A stretch of 64,000 nt of DNA from Mantamonas sphyraenae STR306. Its lineage: Eukaryota > Protista > CRuMs. Position numbers and translations under genes: made by a program. Positions 12,060 to 23,282 of this stretch are shown piece after piece (position 1 is the stretch's first letter; the number at the start of each line of letters is the position of its first letter). Under the pieces are notes generated by a model. That model was given only the letters and a program-made list of their open reading frames with translations. It did not search any database and was not told where the DNA came from. Location: the NCBI GenBank assembly GCA_026936335.1, contig JAPMXV010000072.1, positions 62,001 through 126,000 on the forward strand. The letters are read 5' to 3'.

Positions 12060-12713
12060 ATGAGCCGAACGGCGTTGCAGCGAGTGTTTGTGACCGTGGG
12101 CACAACCAAGTTTGATGGTCTGGTGAGCAATGTGCTGTCCAGTGCATGCCTGGAGGTGTTGGAAGCCAGTGGGGCGGTGGAGTTGGTTGTGCAATACGGC
12201 ACGGGCGTACTGCCAGCGGAGCTACCTGGGTGGGAGGAGACGGACGACGACAAGGAGGCCGCCATGGACGACGCCGGCACTCAGGTGTTTGTCAAGAGCG
12301 ACGGCAGCTGTGATATGCGCGTGAGGGTGTTCTCATTGAAGCCAAGCACGGCGGAGGAGATTGCGGCGGCGGATCTGGTGATTGGCCATTGCGGCGCTGG
12401 CACAGTGCTCGACGTGCTGTATGCAGGCAAGGCCATGCTGGCGGTGGTCAACACCACCCTCATGGACAACCACCAAACAGAGCTGGCAGAAGCGCTGGAG
12501 CGCGCTGGGTATCTGTGGCGACTGGACGACGTGGATCAGCTTGCCGACCAGCTCCAGCTCATGCTGAAGGAAGGCAAGTATCTCGACAGCGACGACTTGC
12601 TGCCATATCCGCCTGCCGAACATGCCAAGCGTGGCGAGAACACACCGGGGATGGACATGCTTCTGCGTGACGTGCACAACGACCTCCTGGGAACCCCGGG
12701 GGCTGATTTGTGA
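12060..12713 (+). CDS. ALG13: UDP-GlcNAc transferase subunit ALG13 (Glyco_tran_28_C)
   Basis: VFVTVGTTKFDGLV, LVVQYG, ADLVIGHCGAGTVLD, VVNTTLMDNHQTELAEAL. Confidence 0.95.
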   Translation: MSRTALQRVFVTVGTTKFDGLVSNVLSSACLEVLEASGAVELVVQYGTGVLPAELPGWEETDDDKEAAMDDAGTQVFVKSDGSCDMRVRVFSLKPSTAEEIAAADLVIGHCGAGTVLDVLYAGKAMLAVVNTTLMDNHQTELAEALERAGYLWRLDDVDQLADQLQLMLKEGKYLDSDDLLPYPPAEHAKRGENTPGMDMLLRDVHNDLLGTPGADL

Positions 12714-12783
12714 CTCTAGCAAGACCCCAGCAGACAGACACACACATACACTGCACACATCACTACTGTAATTCATCCCTATT

Positions 12784-14268
12784 TCACTGATCCTCCTCGG
12801 GTGTCTTTTGACGCTTGGCATCCCCGGCGACCTGCGCCTGCTGCTCCTCGTCTGCGCCTGCCTCTGCACTGCGACGCTTCTTGGGACGGGGTTCCAGCGT
12901 GGACAGTGCGTCGTGACCCAAACCATCCTCAAAGCCGAGATGCACCAACGCCTGGTTTGGATCATCGCTGTTGCTTCCGGTGAGTGCCTTCCATGCCTCC
13001 TGGCGCTCGCGACGTGTCTCCAGCAGCGGCTGGACGGCATCGGTGACGCCAAGGATGTCGTACACCTCATCGAGGGTGCGTGAGTGTTGGATGGCCTTGT
13101 GGATGTTGGGAGCATACTCGTCCAGCTGCTGACGCTGCTCGGGGGTGTCCAGCATGCGCAACAGCACATACTTGAGTCCCTGGTAACGTTCATCAAACCG
13201 GGTGGACCACAACGCGTACTGTCGCATCACATCCAGCTGAGGCAGTGCAGGGCCGTCGCGACGGAACACTGAAGCGTTCCACATGGCCCCGCGAGCAAGC
13301 ATCACCGAATCGACCCCGGTCTGCTCTTTGATGCTGCTCATGTCCTCCTGTTCAAACACATCGCCATTGGCAATGAGAGGCAGGCTGTCCGGCAACTCGG
13401 CACGGATGCGCACAAGCGTGTCCCAGTGTGCCGGCTGCCGTGGCCGCTCGTCCCGAGTCCGCGTGTGCACTGCCAGTGCAGCAATGCCTGTCGCTGCCAT
13501 CCGCTTGCAGTACTCAATGGTCTTATCCAGATTGTCGTCGATGCGGATTTTGCACGTCACCGGTTTGTCGATGTTGGAGCACAGGGTGCGCATGATGTCT
13601 TCGGCCACGTCCGGGGTGGACAGTAGGCCTGCACCCATGCCAGCGTGCACGGAAAAGTGCTTGGGGCAGCCCATGTTGATGTCAATTGCGTCTACGTCGT
13701 GGTACACCCTCTGTGCGGCAGCCAACGCCAACTTGGGGCTTGCGGTGCCCATTTGGAACACCAGCGGCGTCGCCGACGGAAAGGATTGGAAGCACGGAAA
13801 GTCGCCTTTGCGGTACTCGATGCAGTCCAGCACCGGATTGTAGTACCGTTCGCATTGCAACACCTTCTTGTCGATGATTTCCTCGTTGTACACAATGTCC
13901 GCTCCATACTTGAGCGACATGAGGTTGAAGGGCAAGCAGCTCTGCGCGCAAGAGATGTCCCCCACTTTGGGCGTCAGCAACAAACAAAACGCTCCTCTCT
14001 GCCACGTCCACTTGCACGAGCAAAAACCTACCACGCGCACCATCGGTGCCAGGATCCGTGCGTTGCGGTAGTCAATGTCAATCTTGGGCCGCTTCCACAG
14101 CTCCGCATCAAAGTCCAGCGTCACCTCGTCGTGTTCGTACACCTGCACATCGTGTGTGTCCACCACACCTTTCGAAGCCCCACCACCACCACCCATGCCA
14201 CCACCATCACCACTGCTGCTCAACAGCATTGAAGTTGCTCCGGTGCTTCCCTCGATCCTGCTGGACAT
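12784..14268 (-). CDS. DUS2: tRNA-dihydrouridine synthase, DUS2-type; in-frame intron 13942-14031
   Basis: ILAPMVRV|SCLPF..YGADIVYNEEIID, LVFQMGTA, IDINMGCPKHFSVHAGMGAGLL, PVTCKIR, ALAVHTRTRDERP, IANGD, SVMLARGAMWNASVF. Confidence 0.9.
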   Translation of the reverse strand: MSSRIEGSTGATSMLLSSSGDGGGMGGGGGASKGVVDTHDVQVYEHDEVTLDFDAELWKRPKIDIDYRNARILAPMVRVVGFCSCKWTWQRGAFCLLLTPKVGDISCAQSCLPFNLMSLKYGADIVYNEEIIDKKVLQCERYYNPVLDCIEYRKGDFPCFQSFPSATPLVFQMGTASPKLALAAAQRVYHDVDAIDINMGCPKHFSVHAGMGAGLLSTPDVAEDIMRTLCSNIDKPVTCKIRIDDNLDKTIEYCKRMAATGIAALAVHTRTRDERPRQPAHWDTLVRIRAELPDSLPLIANGDVFEQEDMSSIKEQTGVDSVMLARGAMWNASVFRRDGPALPQLDVMRQYALWSTRFDERYQGLKYVLLRMLDTPEQRQQLDEYAPNIHKAIQHSRTLDEVYDILGVTDAVQPLLETRRERQEAWKALTGSNSDDPNQALVHLGFEDGLGHDALSTLEPRPKKRRSAEAGADEEQQAQVAGDAKRQKTPEEDQ

Positions 14269-14478
14269 GCTCACCCGTGCTGCGCGTCGAAAGATCTTTT
14301 CGTGCGTTTCCTTTCGCGTTCTGCGCTGCCTCCATCAGCGCATCCTTGAAAAAAGTCTCCGATGCGCCTGCGCCGGCGAAACCAACTCGAACTTCCGGTT
14401 TTTCCGTCGCCGACACATCAAAAGCCAACGTCAAGACCACACGACGAGAACCACAGTGCACTTCATTGCAGCACAAAC

Positions 14479-15906
14479 ATGATCTCGACCTCTGCCGAGC
14501 CATCACCCAGCGCACGCAAAGGCAAGGATGCCATGTCGCCCGAATCGGCCTTTGCGCCGATTGACCCCAAGCGACGCAGTTTCCGCGCAGCGAAGATTCG
14601 GGAACCGGGCAGCAGCTCCGCACGCCTGGCTGCAGACGCTAGTGACTCATCCTCAGTCAGCAGCAACGAAACACGCCCTCTTTCCCGCAACGAAGCACTC
14701 TCCATCGACCAAGAGGTCTCTGCGCAGACAGACTCTGCGCTGGTGTCCACCATGAAGCGAAAACGACCCCTTGACGACGACAATGACCTCGACGACGACC
14801 AATTCCTCCTCGACGAACACGAAACAGACACACAAAAGCCACGCAGCAAACGCAGGCTGACACAAAAGGACGCCCTGGAGCTGTTTGAGCTCCTCCACGA
14901 CGAATACCAGCATCAGCAACACCGCGAGCAGAACACACGCAAACGATTTGGCACCAGGCACACAGCCACCTCATCCTCATCCTCATCTTCATCCACCACT
15001 GACTCGCCTGCACGCAGGAGACGTGTGTTTGCACGCCGTCGAGGGCAGGCCGACCGCAAGCGTCGTCTGGACGATCTGCTTGACGACGACAACCAGCACG
15101 ACTTTATGCGAGGCGACGTCGACGAAGTGACCACGGTGTCACGCACGCCAGACGTATCCAAGTTTCCACGCGTGGACGCAATGGTCAGCAACGGGATGCT
15201 GGCTGACTCCGCCGAGGACGACGAAGCCGATTCTATGTTGTACGTTGGCCCTGCCGACGATTTTCGGCGCGGACTGCAGCCGCAGCCACACACAGACACT
15301 CACACGCACACGCACACGCACACTCTCAGATTGAAGCAACCGGGCAAGCAACGACGACTGATGCGCCCCAGGGAAGAGGAGGACACACGCAAGTACAAGC
15401 TGTACCTTCACGTGGCCGAGCCATTCCGAGCCCTCGTGCCCCGTGTGGGCACCGACGGCATGTCTGTTTACACAAACGGGGCCGCCAATGTGCTCATGCG
15501 TGCCATGCGCTACCATGTAAACGTAAAATTGGATTCGGGCGAGCTGGCAGCTCACGACCAGTGGCACTACGAGCAGTTCCTGATGAACCGCCTCCAAGCA
15601 AACTTGGGCATCAGCATCCACGACTTTCACAAGTACCAGCCCACATTCAGGGGCACTCTGGGGTTCAACGCAGCCACCATGGACCAGGAAGACGTCCACG
15701 ATTCACCGCGCATTGTCGAGCTGGACGACGACGACGAGCTGCTGCAACAGGTGAGCGAATCGGAACTCGTGAACGGCGGACCTCCAGACGACGACATCGA
15801 CGAGGTCGACCCCAGCGAAATCTACGAAGTGCGACGCACCTCGCCCTACGTGGAGGAAATTGAACACAGTGACGACGACCGTGATGACGGAATGGAAATC
15901 GAATGA
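14479..15906 (+). CDS. Uncharacterised, probably nuclear protein (basic clusters, acidic tail); probable in-frame intron 15240-15329
   Basis: Long ORF with coding-like codon use; MKRKRPL basic cluster; GTACGT...(CA)n...CTCAG segment translating as HTHTHT looks intronic; no family recognised. Confidence 0.65.
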   Translation: MISTSAEPSPSARKGKDAMSPESAFAPIDPKRRSFRAAKIREPGSSSARLAADASDSSSVSSNETRPLSRNEALSIDQEVSAQTDSALVSTMKRKRPLDDDNDLDDDQFLLDEHETDTQKPRSKRRLTQKDALELFELLHDEYQHQQHREQNTRKRFGTRHTATSSSSSSSSTTDSPARRRRVFARRRGQADRKRRLDDLLDDDNQHDFMRGDVDEVTTVSRTPDVSKFPRVDAMVSNGMLADSAEDDEADSMLYVGPADDFRRGLQPQPHTDTHTHTHTHTLRLKQPGKQRRLMRPREEEDTRKYKLYLHVAEPFRALVPRVGTDGMSVYTNGAANVLMRAMRYHVNVKLDSGELAAHDQWHYEQFLMNRLQANLGISIHDFHKYQPTFRGTLGFNAATMDQEDVHDSPRIVELDDDDELLQQVSESELVNGGPPDDDIDEVDPSEIYEVRRTSPYVEEIEHSDDDRDDGMEIE

Positions 15907-15926
15907 AGTTTGTGTGCTTCGTCTCT

Positions 15927-17633
15927 CTATTCCTCCACAGACACAAACACAGAGTTGGCCCCACCGCCAGCAGCAAACACCACCCTGCCTGGGAGACTGA
16001 CCAGCGTGGGCTTCTTGTGGCAGCATTCCTCGTACGCGTCCTCATCGCCTTCGTCGGCATAGCCCAGGCGCCCCTGGCCGCTGTAGCCCCACGTGTAAAG
16101 ACGCCCCTGCGAGTCAATCACTCCACAGTGCCAGCCGCCGCTGAATAACATAACCGGAAACGCCTTGGTTTCGTCTTCGTCGCTGTCCACACTCACGTTG
16201 TCCTCTGCGTCCATCTCCTGCGACGACGACGTCGTGTACGCCGCCGACGACGAGCCCTGCTTACCCACCGATGGTCCATCGTTGCCGCCGCCGCTGCTGC
16301 CGTTGCTGCTGCTGCTGTTCTTGCCCGCGTTTTCAAAGGTCGGGTCGATGGCCCTGTTTGCCGCACTCAGGGCAATGGGCTGGCTGGTGTAGAACACAGT
16401 GGAGAAGCGACGGCACAATTGACCATCGCCACCGTAGCCGGTGCCCCAGATTTCCCCGCTTTCCATCAAAAACAGCGAGTTGAAGTAGCCACACGCCACC
16501 TGCACGACATTCTCCGGCAGCTGCACCTTGCGAGGTCGGAAGCACCGCAGCGTGCCCCTGCCCAATCCCAACCTTCCCCCCGAGTTGCTACCAAACACAT
16601 ACAAGTAACCGCGAGCACTCTGGACCACGGTGTGGTGCCTGCCACACGACACGTCAATCAGCCGCTTCTTGCTCAGCAACGTCAGTCGCATGGGCTTGTC
16701 CACCACAGACATCGTCGGAGTGGCAATGGGCACCAAGCTCGCCTGTGTGTGGATGCGCTGTTTGGCAGACACCACCGTCGGGTCGTCCGACCCCTTGGCC
16801 GAGATGCCCAGTTGGCCGTACCGATTCCAGCCCCAGCACACCAGATGCAGTTGGTCGATGTGTGATGCCCCGCTGAAGAACTCGTACCGGTTGTATGTGT
16901 TGTGCATCAGCTCGTGCAGCTCGTCAAGCTTGTCGCTGCTTCCGTGCGGCCCTGTGCACAAAAAGAGAAACACGGGAACACGGGAGGGATCAGCGTCAGT
17001 GGCTCGTGTGTGTCTTTGGCGCGCCCTTTTTACACCTGCTACACATCGCACCTGCCTCCCGTTGCCCTCCATACCCACAATGGATCCGTCCGCACGCCCT
17101 CTTTTCCATCCCCATGCCATTTCCTCGTCTCACACACGCGAGCTCCCGGCCCTACAGGCACGGTGAAAAAACTTACGGACAAGGCAGATGGTGTGGAATC
17201 CGGCGGCGACGGCTTTGACACAGTCGCCAAACTCGCTCAAATCCACCTGCACCGGTGTATATGCGTGTCGATGGCCCTTGCGCAGAGAGACACCCAGCTG
17301 GCCGTGCCTTCCACTGCCAAATGTAAACAGCAAACCCTCGTCGGTGACCACGGCCGAGTGGTGTGCACCGCATGTGATCTGTACCACCCGGTGTTCCGCC
17401 AGTGTATCCACCAACGTTGGCTCCTCCACCACCATCATGTCGCCCAGACCACACTCGCCGTACCGCGAGTACCCGTATGCAAATACCCGTCCCGCCGACG
17501 TCAGCAGCAGTGTGTGGTTGTCTCCACACGCCGCCTGCACCACAGACTCCCCGTCAAACAGATGCCTGCCCAGCTCCGACGGCGTCTCGTGGCTCGGGCA
17601 ACCCAGCTGCCATCCACACTCGTACGCAGTCAT
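15927..17633 (-). CDS. RCC1-repeat protein; intron about 16952-17176
   Basis: VVQAACGDNHTLLLTSAGRVFAYGYSRYGECGLG, VVQITCGAHHSAVVTDEGLLFTFGSGRHGQLG, CWGWNRYGQLG, DVSCGRHHT, GGWHCGVIDSQGRLYTWGYSGQGRLG. Confidence 0.9.
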
Positions 17634-17696
17634 CTGCTTCCCTTTGTGTTGGCGCGACGGGTGGCGCCACCACCACAACTGCAAACAACCTCCCCC

Positions 17697-18749
17697 ATGT
17701 TTGCCCGTCCCGCCCTCTCACACTGCCGTGTCGTTGAACTCGGCGGATTGGCCCCTTCTCCCCATTGTGCCATGATTCTGGCCGATTTTGGCGCAGACGT
17801 CGTCCGTGTCGACCCTGTCGATGCCGTCCCTGTACCCGTCAACCTCGACCGCGGCAAACGCCGCCTTGCCGTCGATATCAAAGCTCCCCAGGGTCTTGCC
17901 ATTGTCCAACAGCTTGTCCAGGACGCCGATGTGCTCCTCAACCCCTTCCGTCCAGGAGTCATCGACCGCTTGGGCCTCTTTCGTGCAAACGGCGTTCCTG
18001 ACAAGCTCGTCCTGGCACACATGACGGGCTACGGGCAAAACAGCAACGCCGCAGGCCATGACATCAACTTTATTGCCCATTCGGGCATCCTTTCTACGCT
18101 GGAGAAGCCGCCTGCCAACCTGTTGGCCGACTTTGCTGGTGGTTCCCTGCTCACCGCCCTTGCTGTCGTCATGGCCCTCTACCAGCGCGACAGTCCCGGT
18201 GGAACGGGCAAAGGTGCTGTGTTGGACATGTCTCTGGCCGACGGATCCCTCTACGCCAATGCATTCATGGTCACGGCAAACGCCCTCTTCACACAACCTC
18301 CAGGCAACAACCTGCTCGACGGAGGCTCGCCGTGGTACCGCACCTACGTCACCAAAGACAAAGGGCGCATGGCAGTGGGTGCCATCGAGAAGAAATTCCA
18401 GGACAACGCTCTGGCGGTGCTGGGGCTGTCGCACGACCAGGTGTCGCACACAACCATGGAGCAGGTCTTTGCCAGCCGCACCACAGCTGAATGGGAACAG
18501 GCGTTTGCACACGTGCGTGATGACGTGTGTGTCAACGCCGTGCGTGCGGCCCCGGTGGTTGTCCCACCGGTGCCGGGGTCCCTCGCTCGCCCCAGTCTCA
18601 TGCACACGCCCGTCCACGACGATCAGCCCGCCCCAGGTGCACACACTGATGCCATCCTTCACGATCTCGGCTATGGTGACGACGACATTGCTCTCCTGCG
18701 TGACAAGGGCGTCATTGGAGGCCCTTGCCCTGAGCCAGGTCGTTCGTGA
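17697..18749 (+). CDS. AMACR: Alpha-methylacyl-CoA racemase / CaiB-BaiF family III CoA-transferase
   Basis: RVVELGGLAPSPHCAMILADFGADVVRVD, RGKRRLAVD, ADVLLNPFRPGVIDRLGL, AGHDINF, NLLADFAGG, NLLDGGSPWYRTYVTKD..MAVGAIE. Confidence 0.9.
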   Translation: MFARPALSHCRVVELGGLAPSPHCAMILADFGADVVRVDPVDAVPVPVNLDRGKRRLAVDIKAPQGLAIVQQLVQDADVLLNPFRPGVIDRLGLFRANGVPDKLVLAHMTGYGQNSNAAGHDINFIAHSGILSTLEKPPANLLADFAGGSLLTALAVVMALYQRDSPGGTGKGAVLDMSLADGSLYANAFMVTANALFTQPPGNNLLDGGSPWYRTYVTKDKGRMAVGAIEKKFQDNALAVLGLSHDQVSHTTMEQVFASRTTAEWEQAFAHVRDDVCVNAVRAAPVVVPPVPGSLARPSLMHTPVHDDQPAPGAHTDAILHDLGYGDDDIALLRDKGVIGGPCPEPGRS

Positions 18750-20340
18750 TCACCAACCACTCTTCAATGTGATCCACCAGCCACGAGAAGCGTTTCTCGA
18801 AACGGGCTGTGGAGTGGGCCTCCCATGTGGCCAATTGCTTGTCCTGCATGCGCGAGTACACCTCCAACACATGCAGGGACTCGTGCACCTCGTCAATGGC
18901 CGCGAGCACGTTGAACACCTGCTTGATCTGGTCCAGTGCATCCACATACAGCGCACACATCTTCAGTGTCATGCGCTGCACGCGCTTTGTCAAATCTATC
19001 GCATCTTTGTCACGTGTCATCGACACGCAGGCCAGCAGCACCGTGGATCGCGGCAGCCCTTCTGCAGCCGCCGCCTGAGCGTCTTCGTGCAGTTGGATCA
19101 TTGTATGCACGGCACACGCCAGATGGAACAGAATCCACTCCAGGGCCATCTGCCCCGCCTTGTGCATCAACAGTGTGGAGCTCATTTCGTCCTCGCTGAC
19201 TTCATCCAACCCAGGATACTCCACCACCAACTCCCGCGCCATGTGGTGGTCCTCCACCAGCGCCGTGCCCACATCCAGCAACATCTGAAGCTCCCTGTTC
19301 GGCTGCGGCCTGTATGGCGACTCCACAAGCTGCTTGCTGTCGTACAGCTGCAGCGCAAGCTTCTGGTACACCGCTCCTTGGGTTTCCATAAACGATGCAT
19401 CGCTGTGCACTTTGGTACGAGTGTGGTCCAGGAGCAGACTGACCACGGCTGTCAAGCCCTGCTCCACCATGGACATCAGCAGGCTGCGGTTGCTTGCAGA
19501 CACTGCTCCACGCGCCGTCTCGCTCTCCACCCTGTACATCAGCGCATGCAGGTGTCGCACATGCTCCATTGCTTTGCATTTGATTAGTGTTTGCTCCGCC
19601 TCCAGCAGGTAGATGTGTTCCCGTTGCTGGAACACAGTCTGCTGCAACGCCTCCAGCTCGTCCGCCAACTGGTTGAAGCGTAGATCGGAAATGCCTGTCG
19701 TCAGCTCACTCCAGCTCAGGTTGGCCACATCTGCATCGCTGGCCACATGTTCCTCGTATCCCACCCCGAGCACCGCCTCCAACTCCGACTCATCCATCTG
19801 CACGCGCAGGTACCCACTCAGCGACTCGTCCAGGAAAGGGGCCTCGTGCTGCAACCGCACAAATGTGTCCTTCAGTCCACTTGCTCCTGTTTGCCGCTCC
19901 TTTGCCTCTTGCGTCGCCCGCAAGTGTTTCTCGTAGGCAGCAGAACTTGTGTCGAGGCGCAACACTGTCGCTCCCGTCAGCCCACTTTCTTCCTCCTCCT
20001 CCTCCTCCACCTCCGATGCCACTGCTTCCTCGACACCTCTTGTGGCTGTGCTGTTGTGCGTTCCCTCGCCTGGTTCGTCCTCCAGCTCCTGGGACATCAG
20101 CAAGACCTGTGCTTGCGCCTCGTGCAGCACTGCCTGCAGATTGGCCGTTGCAGACAATGACAAGCCCCCCTGCTTGCCACTCAGCAACGCAATCTGCCGC
20201 AGTGTCACGCGCACCTCGTCCAAGATATGACGCTGGTGCTCTGCCACCCCATTTGTGTGCCCCAACAGATGCTCCACCTGTGCGTCCAGCGCCTCACACT
20301 GCAGCGCCAGACTCGGTTCTTCCATTGCTCTGCTCGCCAT
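18712..20340 (-). CDS. Alpha-helical/coiled-coil protein, function uncertain (weak resemblance to augmin subunit HAUS3)
   Basis: ~540-aa open frame from MASRAMEEPSL...; heptad-like segments; HAUS3 resemblance is by eye only. Confidence 0.65.
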   Translation of the reverse strand: MASRAMEEPSLALQCEALDAQVEHLLGHTNGVAEHQRHILDEVRVTLRQIALLSGKQGGLSLSATANLQAVLHEAQAQVLLMSQELEDEPGEGTHNSTATRGVEEAVASEVEEEEEEESGLTGATVLRLDTSSAAYEKHLRATQEAKERQTGASGLKDTFVRLQHEAPFLDESLSGYLRVQMDESELEAVLGVGYEEHVASDADVANLSWSELTTGISDLRFNQLADELEALQQTVFQQREHIYLLEAEQTLIKCKAMEHVRHLHALMYRVESETARGAVSASNRSLLMSMVEQGLTAVVSLLLDHTRTKVHSDASFMETQGAVYQKLALQLYDSKQLVESPYRPQPNRELQMLLDVGTALVEDHHMARELVVEYPGLDEVSEDEMSSTLLMHKAGQMALEWILFHLACAVHTMIQLHEDAQAAAAEGLPRSTVLLACVSMTRDKDAIDLTKRVQRMTLKMCALYVDALDQIKQVFNVLAAIDEVHESLHVLEVYSRMQDKQLATWEAHSTARFEKRFSWLVDHIEEWLVITNDLAQGKGLQ

Positions 20341-20447
20341 TGCGCAGCGCACCCGTCTGGCACCCATCCATCTCAACATCAAAACACAACCCAACCGATA
20401 TGACATGTGCATTGTCTGCCTGCTGCTGTGCTCCCACCGTCCTTCCC

Positions 20448-21214
20448 TCACTTGTCTTTCTTCTCCTCGTTGCCCGCCTTGGCTGCCGCTTTCTTGGCTG
20501 CTCGCTGCTGGCGCTCGGCCTTGATCTGTGCCTTTTCCTCCTCCGAGTGGCCAATTGTCGTCAAACTGTTCACAATGCCGTAGCACACCAGACCAAAGGC
20601 GTTGGCGCCGATGGCCACGTTCAGCAACGGCGTGTGCCTTGACACCTCCCCGGCAGGACCCCAGTACAGGTACCGCATGCTCAGCAATGCTCCCAACAGC
20701 ACCGTCTGCATGCCCGTGATCAGTGGCCTGTTCTTTGTGGCCAGGAAGGTGATCAACAAACACAGAAGGGCAACACAAAGGATCGAACTCCACACAAGCT
20801 GGTAGTGCCATCTCAGCATCCCGTACACGTAGCTAAGCAACACGCAAGCACACACACACACAGAGGGAGAGGGTGGTGGTGGTGTGGTTGCACCCTTGAG
20901 TGTCAGTCTGTGCTTCAATCCGTACACCCCGCTGTGCTTGGACCTGTTCTTTGACGTGGCCGCCCTCCTCATTTCCGGAAACCTACTCTGCCTCCATGCC
21001 CAACGCATCCACAAACGCCTCCAGAGTTTGGTCCTCGGGAACACCCAGCATGAGACGCACCGACTCTGTGTCGTTCTCCCACGGGGTGTCCGACATCAGC
21101 TGCAGGCAGGCCAGCACAAACGAGGCCGCGCACGCTGCAGCGATTTCAGCCCCACGTGTGCTTTGTGTCAGCACCTGCTCCACCACCCAACACCCCATTC
21201 ACCACTCGCCATCG

Positions 21215-21250
<36 letters not shown>

Positions 21251-21290
21251 TGAAGAAGGATGCCGAAAACGAAAAGAACGACCAGAGATT
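20448..21290 (-). CDS. Small multi-exon membrane protein of unknown function (5' end uncertain)
   Basis: Last exon YVYGMLRWHYQLVWSSILCVALLCLLITFL...GLVCYGIVNSL plus basic tail KKDK*; upstream exon ...EAFVDALGMEAE followed by GTAGGT donor; TG-repeat introns. Confidence 0.55.
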
Positions 21291-21400
21291 CATGTTGCCC
21301 TCGCCGTCGCGCTTGTGTGGGTGGGTGTCACTGGTACACACACACACACACAAAAACCCCCTCCAATGCAATGTTCCCTTGCATTCCACTTCTTCCCCCA

Positions 21401-23200
21401 CTACCAGCCTCCCTGGTCGCCAAACTGCTTCTCAATGGCTGCGTTGCTTGGGTTGGGTTTGCCCAGCCACCCGATGGTGTCCAGCTGCTTGCCGATGACT
21501 TCGCTGAACAAACGGTGTCCAATGGCCACCGACGGGTGGAATCCATCCATGGGCTCGATGAGCTTGGGCAGCGGGATGCCACGCTCGGTGGCAATCTGCA
21601 CAGCCTGCTCCAGCGGGAAATCCATGTAAGTGAGGTCAAAGGAATAGTTTCCCGACGCCTTTGCTTCGGCAACCACACTCTTGTACGCCTCGCTCAGCTC
21701 ATAGGCGCGCTGGTCCGTTGCGTTGCGTGTGGTTTCGTTTGCCGTGAGCCAGGTCAGACACGGGTTGGCCCCGGTGCACTCCAGCCACTCATACACCTTG
21801 GCATACGTCACTCCCAGCGGATGGATCTGGTTGTGCATCGTCTCGTACAGGAAGCCGCCGCGCACAAGCCCCATCCCCATAAAGTGCGACCCGGCAGGCA
21901 GAATCTTCTCCAGCTCGTTCAGCCCCGCCCAAATGTTGGCCTTGAACTGTTCCACCGTGGTCATCTTGTCCAGCGTGTCCTTGCACACGTCGTTGCCGAT
22001 GAACGCGGCAAAGACCATCGCCGGTGGCGAGTTTTGCTTGTCCATGCGCAGAAGGTGCACCTGAGGCACCATGTGCTTGGCCTCGGCACCGTTCCAGCCC
22101 ACGTTCTGATACTGGCGATGGTTGCACTTGGAGCGGGCCAGCATCTGCAGCAGAATTGACTCACCCTTGATGCTGTCCTCAAAGCCCGTGCTCCACGACA
22201 GCTGCGGGTGGTCAAACTCGTCGTTGAGCGTCTGCGGCACAATGCTCAGATCCTGCAGCGACAGCCACTCGGGTGGAATGTGGAATCCCGACGATGCCGA
22301 GTCTCCCATCATGCACACCGTGCGTGCTCGGAACTCTCCAGCACAGAACATGTCCTCGTACGTGGTGCCATTCACGCTGCCCGAGATTCCATTGCAGTTC
22401 TGGTCCTTGGTGCCACTTGTGTCCGGTGCAGACGGGTGCACCTGCGTGTCGCTGTCGTCGCAGTCCATGCCGCGCCAATCCGCTGCCCGCAGGCCCGTGT
22501 GCGTCGGCGAAAACAGGTCGCCATCCTCATCAGGCACCACAGCGGGTGCGTCACCCAGCTTGTGCTTCTTCAGCACATAGTTCAGTGCCTCAGCCTCCAG
22601 ACGCGACGTGCCTCCCAGCGGGCACGTCGTCGAACACAGCTTGATCTTCTCGCAGATGTCATCTGGCGTGTAGCCCTTCTCCAGCAAGTCGATGATCAGC
22701 GGACCAAAGATGGCTACAGTGTCGTCGCACTGTGTGGCAGTGGTGTCAGCGCAAGGCGCCCAGATTCAAACGGCCCTCTTTTTCTCCTTGCCACAGGCCC
22801 CAACGCGCCCGATGGGCACAACGGAGGTGTAGACGACTGCTTGTGCATGTGTGTGTGATGTGTGTGGCGTGTGTGGTGTGGTGTGGGCAGGTGCGGGGGT
22901 GGGCGTGTGCATGCCACGGAGGCAGGGAAAACCCACCAGCTTCCTCCACTTCTGGTCGGGAATCAGCTTGCACAGATCGTCAAGAATCGGCTGCTCGCCA
23001 TTCTTGATTCCGTTCTCCACCATGGTGAGCACAATGACGCAGCCAACACAGGTGAAATCCTGCTTGAGGGGACCCGATTTGGCAAGGTGCAAGGCGTGGT
23101 GGCGGTTTGCAGACACGCCAACCAACGTCGTCGCGCACAGAACCAGCGCCAGCACCATCAAAGAGCTCGAGGTTGTACCCAGCACAGCAAAACGAGCCAT
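21401..23200 (-). CDS. AOAH: Acyloxyacyl hydrolase (signal peptide, saposin-B domain, SGNH/GDSL lipase); intron 22730-22936
   Basis: CVGCVIVL...LCKLIP...CDDTVAIFGP..ICEKIKLC saposin; WRGMDCDD, DQNCNGI, GDSASSGFHIPPEW, EFDHPQLSWSTG, CNHRQYQN, GNDVC, IEPMDGFHPS. Confidence 0.93.
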
Positions 23201-23282
23201 ACTGAATCAAGCGAGGATACAATCGTTGGTTTGGATCCAACTGCGCCATCGGGACCCAACCAAGCTGCGCAACCAAGTCCCG

